This document shows positions 58,110-64,000 of a stretch of 64,000 nt of DNA, one piece after another. A program made the position numbers and the translations under genes. Within the stretch, counting starts at the first letter, position 1. Each line of letters begins with the position of its first letter. This stretch comes from a virus. A model generated the notes under the pieces. It was given only the letters and a program-made list of their open reading frames with translations, was not told the origin of the DNA and ran no database searches. The stretch lies in IMG/VR virus record IMGVR_UViG_3300006310_000773; one strand, 5' to 3'.

Positions 58110-58149
58110 ATTTTTTCTCTATTAAAGGTTTCTCATTTACTCATTTAAC

Positions 58150-58208
58150 TTACACTTATATTATATCAGGTTTCAGGCACAAAGTCAAGTTTTATTCAGG
58201 CTTTTTTT
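58150..58208 (-). promoter_or_regulatory. Early promoter repeat, copy 3
   Basis: Near-identical to copies 1 and 2. Confidence 0.85.
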
Positions 58209-58411
58209 AGCCCGCCTCAGTTATTGTATGTATGTAGTCTACTATGGCATCACCTAAAGCTGACACCAAATTCGCTGCACCTTCAACACCAGCTTCAACA
58301 TTGTCTGGAAAATAATATCCCAACACAATACCAAATCCTATAAAAAGGACAGGAGTAAATACCTCTCTAAAAATAAACATATCTTCTCTCTTTAAAATTA
58401 ATGGAAGAACG

Positions 58412-58873
58412 TTAGTCCATCCAAGTTATTAAAACACGTCTGGTTCCCTCAACAACTTTAGCAACCCCGTGTTTCACGGTCTGATCATAAAAATAAGTTT
58501 CACCAACCTGCAAGTCTATGCGGGAAGTCGAAACATTATCTGATATAAGAAGTTCTCCACCTCTCAAATCCTTACTCTTATTTAATATTGTAACGGTGGT
58601 TAACTTTGATCTGTGATCATGATGTAATTCAGCAAAGGAACCTTTACCATATTCCAGCATGTAACAAGTGTCCAATTTATAGAATGGAGAAACTTGCTCA
58701 ATATATTTTATTTTATCAAAAAATTCTTTGTGTGTGGAATACGGATGTAGTCTGCGAACATTGTGTAGTTTATGATATTTTTCGTCAAACAATAATCTAT
58801 CCGTATCACAATGCTCAAGCCAATACTTATTAAAGTATTCTATAACATCGTCTTCAAACAGGCAGGTTTTCAC
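58412..58873 (-). CDS. 2OG-Fe(II) oxygenase
   Basis: HHD, GGEL and HGVAKVVEGTRRVLITW. Confidence 0.85.
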   Translation of the reverse strand: MKTCLFEDDVIEYFNKYWLEHCDTDRLLFDEKYHKLHNVRRLHPYSTHKEFFDKIKYIEQVSPFYKLDTCYMLEYGKGSFAELHHDHRSKLTTVTILNKSKDLRGGELLISDNVSTSRIDLQVGETYFYDQTVKHGVAKVVEGTRRVLITWMD

Positions 58874-59102
58874 TATTCTTAATTATCTCTTCTGATGAAA
58901 TCTCATAACCAAAAAAGTGTTTATCAATTTCAACAATGACATCATCAGCTTTACATTTTCTCAAAAAAGAATCTGAAACTAATAATTTGGTTTCTTTCAT
59001 CGCCCACAATCTTGCGGCTTCTAATGTCTCAAAAATATCTGATGAAAGGAATTCACCTTCCTTAGATAATTTCGCAATGTAATATGTTTCGTTCTCACTC
59101 AT
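58854..59102 (-). CDS. Hypothetical protein
   Basis: ORF tiles the operon; start moved to MSENET. Confidence 0.55.
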   Translation of the reverse strand: MSENETYYIAKLSKEGEFLSSDIFETLEAARLWAMKETKLLVSDSFLRKCKADDVIVEIDKHFFGYEISSEEIIKNSENLPV

Positions 59103-59268
59103 AACAATATCCCTCATCTATTAAATTTTTAGCGGTTCTCCCAAACCATCCTTGTAATGACCATACAATACCTGTATTAATAAGGTGTTGCCATGCCCTA
59201 ATAAATTCTTCTTCTGAAGATGCTTCCTCTGCACCTTCTGCAATCATCACTGCTTCAAAATTTTCCAT
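59095..59268 (-). CDS. Conserved small phage protein (57 aa)
   Basis: AWQHLINTGIVWSLQGWFGRTA motif; below the ORF-track cutoff. Confidence 0.7.
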   Translation of the reverse strand: MENFEAVMIAEGAEEASSEEEFIRAWQHLINTGIVWSLQGWFGRTAKNLIDEGYCYE

Positions 59269-59470
59269 ATCTCTTATACTAAATCAATATGTTCGGTGAT
59301 GACAATTCGACCACCAGTTTTCCAATGTCTGATATGGCCCGCAATGTCATCTTCATAGGAAAGGACAATCTCAGCCCATCCCATTGTTCCATCTGAACAT
59401 TCATAAAAAGTTCTCAATCTACACATAATATTTTCTCTCTTATTTAATTAAAGGACAATTCCTCACTTAT

Positions 59471-59517
59471 TTAACTTACACTTATATTATATCAGGATCC
59501 AGGCACAATGTCAAGTT
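59471..59517 (-). promoter_or_regulatory. Early promoter repeat, copy 4
   Basis: TTGACATTGTGCCTGGATCCTGATATAAT. Confidence 0.8.
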
Positions 59518-59728
59518 ATTTCTTCATTATTTTATCATAAGGATTAGCAAGTATTCCACCTTCCCACGATTCGATAGCGGCACCTGCTTCTGAGAGAGTG
59601 CGGTGAAACTCTCCACCCATCTCGACACCATCCTCATATCTTCTTACCATATATTCTCCTGAAGTTGGAGAACCAAATATAGTTTCACCTTCATTTAAAA
59701 TTTCAATGGTTGCTATTTTCTTACTCAT
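59516..59728 (-). CDS. Hypothetical protein
   Basis: ORF with an ATGA overlap. Confidence 0.6.
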   Translation of the reverse strand: MSKKIATIEILNEGETIFGSPTSGEYMVRRYEDGVEMGGEFHRTLSEAGAAIESWEGGILANPYDKIMKK

Positions 59729-59973
59729 TTTATTTCACCTTTCAATTTTTCAATATAGACACAGGCATCCATAAGTTCTTCCTGAAAATGTTGGAGCCAT
59801 TCTAGTGTGCTCAAATCCCCCCTCTCAGTAGTTACGCCGTATTTTATATAACCTTTCATTTCTCTAAACTCAAGTTGCTCTATTACACTCACAACATTCT
59901 TATCCCTTTTGGGATTAGCGGAAAGTCCACTAACTATTATCTTATCTTTACTCATGCGTTCTTTTCCTGGCAA
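59725..59973 (-). CDS. Conserved phage protein, possibly an all-alpha NTP pyrophosphatase-like protein
   Basis: KGYIKYGVTTER.DL...EWLQHFQEELMDACVY. Confidence 0.55.
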   Translation of the reverse strand: MPGKERMSKDKIIVSGLSANPKRDKNVVSVIEQLEFREMKGYIKYGVTTERGDLSTLEWLQHFQEELMDACVYIEKLKGEIK

Positions 59974-59998
59974 AAATTAAAAAAAAATTTTCATTCTC

Positions 59999-60211
59999 TC
60001 AATGGTTATGGTTTTTTAGAAAAACATCAACCGAGTCAATCCAATTATTCTTAGCGCTCTCAGCACACTTATTAGAACATGCCCAAGCTAATTCCTTAGA
60101 CAAGTTCCAAAACTTTCCAATATCTATTTTACATTCAGACCGGAGAAATACTTTCTTACATCCGGAACAAATTCTCGAAGACGGGTAAGACATTATCCAA
60201 TCCCCGTCCAA
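59999..60211 (-). CDS. Small Cys-containing protein
   Basis: CSGC...CSNKC. Confidence 0.5.
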   Translation of the reverse strand: MDGDWIMSYPSSRICSGCKKVFLRSECKIDIGKFWNLSKELAWACSNKCAESAKNNWIDSVDVFLKNHNH

Positions 60212-60618
60212 CGAACATTACCTTCGAAAGTATCCTTACGGAAAACATTCCCGCGACTAAAATTTCTGGCGGGGGCTTTCCAACCAGCCGGTTTCAACAT
60301 ATCCCCGCGACTAAACTTTCTCTCATCTTCCTTAACAATGAAACCTTTGACACTCTCTTGAGTACCGCCACCGTTGCTTCCAATCAGTTTGTAATACTTG
60401 CGCCCTTCTTCTACTCTCAGGCCATTACAGTAATTGTGTATCATTTCATTCTTGACATCCATATTTTCTGAATGTGCATTAGGTTTGTAATTACTACTCC
60501 AGTTGCTCCACTCTACATAGTTCTCTCGCATGAAATCTAATACGCTCTCTATCGCATCTTCTATATCCACTGCTTTACCATCTATGAAATTTTCTTTTGT
60601 AATTATTTCACTTCTCAT
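60193..60618 (-). CDS. Conserved hypothetical phage protein
   Basis: GRKYYKL and GDMLKPAGWKAPARNFSRGN. Confidence 0.75.
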   Translation of the reverse strand: MRSEIITKENFIDGKAVDIEDAIESVLDFMRENYVEWSNWSSNYKPNAHSENMDVKNEMIHNYCNGLRVEEGRKYYKLIGSNGGGTQESVKGFIVKEDERKFSRGDMLKPAGWKAPARNFSRGNVFRKDTFEGNVRWTGIG

Positions 60619-60678
60619 CTAAACTCTCTCTCTTTTTGTTATTATTATTCACATCCGCTGAATTGAGAATGTACTCCT

Positions 60679-60712
60679 ATTATACCATAGTCCTGCGGAG
60701 ATGTCAAGTTTT
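60679..60712 (-). promoter_or_regulatory. Sigma70-type early promoter
   Basis: TTGACA-17 nt-TATAAT. Confidence 0.8.
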
Positions 60713-60782
60713 ATTTCAAGATTGAGAAGGGCGTGCCGCTGGAACGACACTCCAGGCCCCTCTCAAATAATCGGTCTTCTCT

Positions 60783-61130
60783 TTAAAGCATATCTTGTTT
60801 CCAGTTATAATCATATGTTTCATTATTCATTGGTATGTCTGGCAGAATTTTTTCTTTGGAGACTGTGATAACTTCTTTCTCCCAAAACTCTAACTCTTTC
60901 ATGAGTTCATTGTTTGCTCCTATTAGATATTCAATCCGCTTTTCATATTTGGATTCTATCTCTTTTTTTATCTGTGCTCTTAATCCTTTTTCGTAGACAA
61001 GTGCTGCTAGACGTTTTGTTCTGTGTTGGTCTACTTTATTCATATTCTTTTTATTTTCTATTAATGTTTGGATGCTGGTTACTGCTCTTGCGAAAACCCA
61101 CTCTACTTTTAACCCAACCCTCATCAGCAT
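60783..61130 (-). CDS. Hypothetical coiled-coil protein (start uncertain)
   Basis: ORF; the likely start is MNKVDQ. Confidence 0.55.
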   Translation of the reverse strand: MLMRVGLKVEWVFARAVTSIQTLIENKKNMNKVDQHRTKRLAALVYEKGLRAQIKKEIESKYEKRIEYLIGANNELMKELEFWEKEVITVSKEKILPDIPMNNETYDYNWKQDML

Positions 61131-61159
61131 ATATGCTCAGGAAATTTTTTATTTATTAA

Positions 61160-61800
61160 AGAGTCGTGACATGCCCAGGATTTTTCATATACAACCCCCC
61201 CGGGGTCCCCCTCGCTATCTGAACCAGGCCCCCCGCCCCGTCGGTCGGCGACACACATAGCTCAGCGTGCGAAAAGCCCCAGCGTGAACCCCGCCGGTGA
61301 CTAATTTTAATCAAATTTTCATAGATCTTGTATAGGGGGTCGACGGGGTGACGTACTCTAGCGACACATCTTCCCTCACCCGTGTCTGAGAGGTTTGTTC
61401 CCTCTCTCTAATCCCTGATACTCATCTCGCTCGCCGTCACATCAGCCGTCTACGTCCCGTTACTCCGCGTTTTACAATTGTCCCTTAGTCGAACAACACC
61501 GCAATGGGTACTCTGTAGGTGACTAGCGGGGAATGTCCAGAGAATCCACACTCCCTATTTCTAATGGTCATTTTACGCAATCATTATTGACCTATTTGCT
61601 TTCTATCTTTCTAGGGTTAATTTAAAAGGGTTTCTTAATGTCTTATCTTGAGGAGCTTCTACTCCCGGCGCTCCCCCATCCGGGCCGACCTATTTGCATT
61701 AGTGCCGATTTAATTTGTTGACCCAACATGTTCGCCGAGTCTCCTCAGTAGGAGCCGGGTCGTTCCCATTCAAAAGGGATTCATTCATTTATTTAACTTA
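61160..61800 (-). ncRNA. Candidate large structured ncRNA or cis-element (about 640 nt)
   Basis: GC-rich, no long ORF, many helices, directly downstream of a consensus promoter. Confidence 0.5.
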
Positions 61801-61807
61801 CAGTTAT

Positions 61808-61836
61808 ATTATACCAGGACTGTGCGGAAATGTCAA
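61808..61836 (-). promoter_or_regulatory. Sigma70-type promoter driving the GC-rich non-coding region
   Basis: TTGACA-TTTCCGCACAGTCCTGG-TATAAT. A second promoter, TTGACA-17 nt-TACAAT, lies at 61926-61954. Confidence 0.8.
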
Positions 61837-62254
61837 GTTTATTCGTGCTCGCATTAATCTTTTTTTTGTCTCCAGATATTATCAGATCAATTAAGTCATG
61901 TCTGATTTATCGGATCACACTGTATATTGTATCATCATAACGGGTCAATGTCAAGTCTTTTCTTTCGAGTGGGCGTTTTTTTCGAAACATTCAATGTGAC
62001 GTTCTTATGTCACCCAGATTGCATGCGAGGAATGGCAGACAGAGTTCTCAGATTGCTCTATATGCTTTCTTTTTTCGTCGTTTGATATTTGGTACGGGCA
62101 GCCCGGTGTAGGCAGCCCATCGTCGGGGGGTATTTGGGAGCTTGGATTGTTTTGCTGGATTTTTCGCGGCGCTCGCGGGCGCTCCACTTACTTCTGTGGT
62201 CTATTATCTGATACTGAATGAGTAATAAATTGACTTTACGTGGGGAGAAACGCC

Positions 62255-62305
62255 ATGTATCATTAGGAAACGTGTATCATTAGGGAACATGTGTCATTAA
62301 GAAAC
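62255..62305. repeat. Three tandem 17-bp direct repeats
   Basis: atgtatcattaggaaac / gtgtatcattagggaac / atgtgtcattaagaaac. Confidence 0.85.
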
Positions 62306-62324
62306 ACTTTTTTCGCTCTCTGTT

Positions 62325-62639
62325 TCATCTTTCTTCTGCTCTTATCTGAAACCATGCCTCATCAGGGAATTTCTTTCCAATCAAAGGGTCATTATTAGTC
62401 TTCTTGAGCATATGAATAGTGTCCTTTCTTTGATGTTCTGGCAGTTCTAAAATCATCTTTCTAAGAAGCGACCAATTTTCGCTTAATGCATGTCTCTGTA
62501 GAATCTGTAGCATTTCATGTTGCTCTAGATGTTCAGGGTGTTTCACTTGACCATCAGGATGTGGCAACAGTATATGTCCTAGTTCTTTATCTGCTGCTCT
62601 CTTTTCTGTGGCGTTTTCAAAGTTGTATTTGTGTATCAT
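62325..62639 (-). CDS. Hypothetical protein
   Basis: ORF with an ATGA overlap. Confidence 0.6.
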   Translation of the reverse strand: MIHKYNFENATEKRAADKELGHILLPHPDGQVKHPEHLEQHEMLQILQRHALSENWSLLRKMILELPEHQRKDTIHMLKKTNNDPLIGKKFPDEAWFQIRAEER

Positions 62640-63157
62640 GCTATTCCTACATTAAAAGCGATTACATATCTCTCTTTACTGAGGTTCTCTTCTGTTCCGT
62701 GTTCTGCCCAACTCGGAAACAAATATAGATAGCCTTCTCTTATGTCTATCTCTTCGCCTTCTATTATAAGATTTACGCTACCCTTTGGAAAATGTGGATA
62801 ATATACGCCGGATACTATACTTCTCTCATGTGCATGGAATGATAATTTTTGTCCTTCTCCCATTATACTGTGCCATGATGATTCTATCTTTAGATTTTGT
62901 TCAGGTAAGTATGGAAGCTTTTGGACAGGCAACTGGAGTGTGTATTGTTTCCACTCTCTTATATACTTTTTGATTCTCTTTTGAAATTGTGCTTTGAGTG
63001 GTGTGAATTCTGCGCTGTCTAGTAGAGATACGCATATTTCGCATGAACATCCTAGTACGTGTTCTGGAATGTGTTTGTATTTTTCGTGTTTGAGATGGTT
63101 TAATATTATGTGAGGCGCTGGGGTTAATATTCTGGACCTCATTAGTCTTTTCTTCAT
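62636..63157 (-). CDS. 2OG-Fe(II) oxygenase-like protein
   Basis: SWHS, HAHERSIVSGVYY and LFPSWAEHG...ERYVIAFN. Confidence 0.85.
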   Translation of the reverse strand: MKKRLMRSRILTPAPHIILNHLKHEKYKHIPEHVLGCSCEICVSLLDSAEFTPLKAQFQKRIKKYIREWKQYTLQLPVQKLPYLPEQNLKIESSWHSIMGEGQKLSFHAHERSIVSGVYYPHFPKGSVNLIIEGEEIDIREGYLYLFPSWAEHGTEENLSKERYVIAFNVGIA

Positions 63158-63888
63158 GTATATTCTATTCTGTCAAGCCACTTGAAATTGTAGTCTGGTA
63201 ATTTCTCTTTTATTACTTCAACATTTCTTTCAGTGTATACTTTATACTTTTCCGCCAAGCCTTCATCAATGAGATCTAATTCAGCGGGTGTAATGAGTTC
63301 TATATCATCTTGTTTTATTCTTGCTTTATAATCTTCGTAAAGTGGTTTATCTTTAGTTTCTAAGTCGAGATAGTAATCGCCATCGAGTTCGCCCAATGCA
63401 TTCATCCATTCAATTGTATATTTGTTATCTAGTCCTTCAGTAAAATGTCCACCCGTCTGCAGCCAAAGATGGGGATTCTGTTTAATTTGGCCAGCCATAG
63501 TCCATACTAATCTTAATGCGAAATTATTAGATATCAAGCCATATGCTTTAATATCTTTAAAAAACTTGTGAATGTTAAAATGATTATGTAGAATTAAAAT
63601 TGGAGTTCCCAGGGTCAGCCCGGGTTCACAGAACACCTTATCTTTAATGTCTGCCTGATGGGTATATTGGTATTGTAAAATGGGTTGCGAGTCATATGAT
63701 TCGATTTCCGCTGCTGCTTCCGCATTTTCTGACTCAAGTAGATCATTCAGCCGAGTCCCTGACAAGTGTCCATGATCGGCAAAAAATAGGGGAGTGAAAA
63801 TATACCCTGTGAATCCTATTTCTTCGGGCTGTTCTGCTGGTGAGTAATTTTCTCTTGGTTGTATGTTCGGAGCAGATTCGGAGTGCAC
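63154..63888 (-). CDS. Hypothetical protein (start uncertain)
   Basis: 244-aa ORF overlapping the next gene by ATGA. Confidence 0.55.
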   Translation of the reverse strand: MHSESAPNIQPRENYSPAEQPEEIGFTGYIFTPLFFADHGHLSGTRLNDLLESENAEAAAEIESYDSQPILQYQYTHQADIKDKVFCEPGLTLGTPILILHNHFNIHKFFKDIKAYGLISNNFALRLVWTMAGQIKQNPHLWLQTGGHFTEGLDNKYTIEWMNALGELDGDYYLDLETKDKPLYEDYKARIKQDDIELITPAELDLIDEGLAEKYKVYTERNVEVIKEKLPDYNFKWLDRIEYT

Positions 63889-64000
63889 ATTCCAGCCATC
63901 GTCAGCCCAAGATCTCCATCCTTCCAGAGAGAAATGATGAGATTCAACATTTATGAAATCATTGTATGATTCATAGTCCTCTTTGCTTCTCTGTTGATCC

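Noticed and set aside
61720-61761. Hammerhead ribozyme (CUGAGGA on the minus strand)
   Set aside because: No properly placed GAAA and stem II. The motif is part of a simple hairpin.
62255-62305. Mini CRISPR array
   Set aside because: The repeats are contiguous and have no spacers.
1-64000. Alternative genetic code or stop-codon reassignment
   Set aside because: Core genes are full length under the standard code, and no clear suppressor tRNA is present.

Overview
This window is 64 kb of an AT-rich, T4-like myophage genome, probably marine. Positions 1-3.6 kb hold a glycosyltransferase, methyltransferase and oxygenase cluster. Positions 3.6-39.3 kb hold tail fibre and baseplate genes (VrlC/DUF4815-like, gp8, gp7, gp6, gp25, gp5, gp27-like, gp53, gp48, gp4, gp2, gp54-like, gp26, gp51, tape-measure-like). 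Positions 39.3-47.6 kb hold gp32, gp59 and gp33 mixed with host-like genes (Na/Pi cotransporter fragment, IscU, ClpS, QueC-like), a circularly permuted two-piece tmRNA and tRNAs. Positions 47.7-51.5 kb are a membrane operon (MotA/TolQ/ExbB-like protein and partner, small Cys lipoproteins, SbmA/BacA). Positions 51.6-64 kb are a variable early region with tRNAs, HNH endonucleases, repeated sigma70-type promoters and two ORF-poor structured regions. The best leads are: (1) the permuted tmRNA, whose intervening segment encodes a membrane peptide and whose 3' hairpin is duplicated with compensatory changes; (2) two candidate structured ncRNAs of about 240 and about 640 nt; (3) the ExbB-like/SbmA/lipoprotein operon; (4) a probable -1 frameshift fusing gp26 to gp51; (5) a 27-aa metallothionein-like peptide; (6) a 60-nt insert built from the 5' ends of two neighbouring genes. 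Protein calls come from motif recognition and gene order only; no searches were run.
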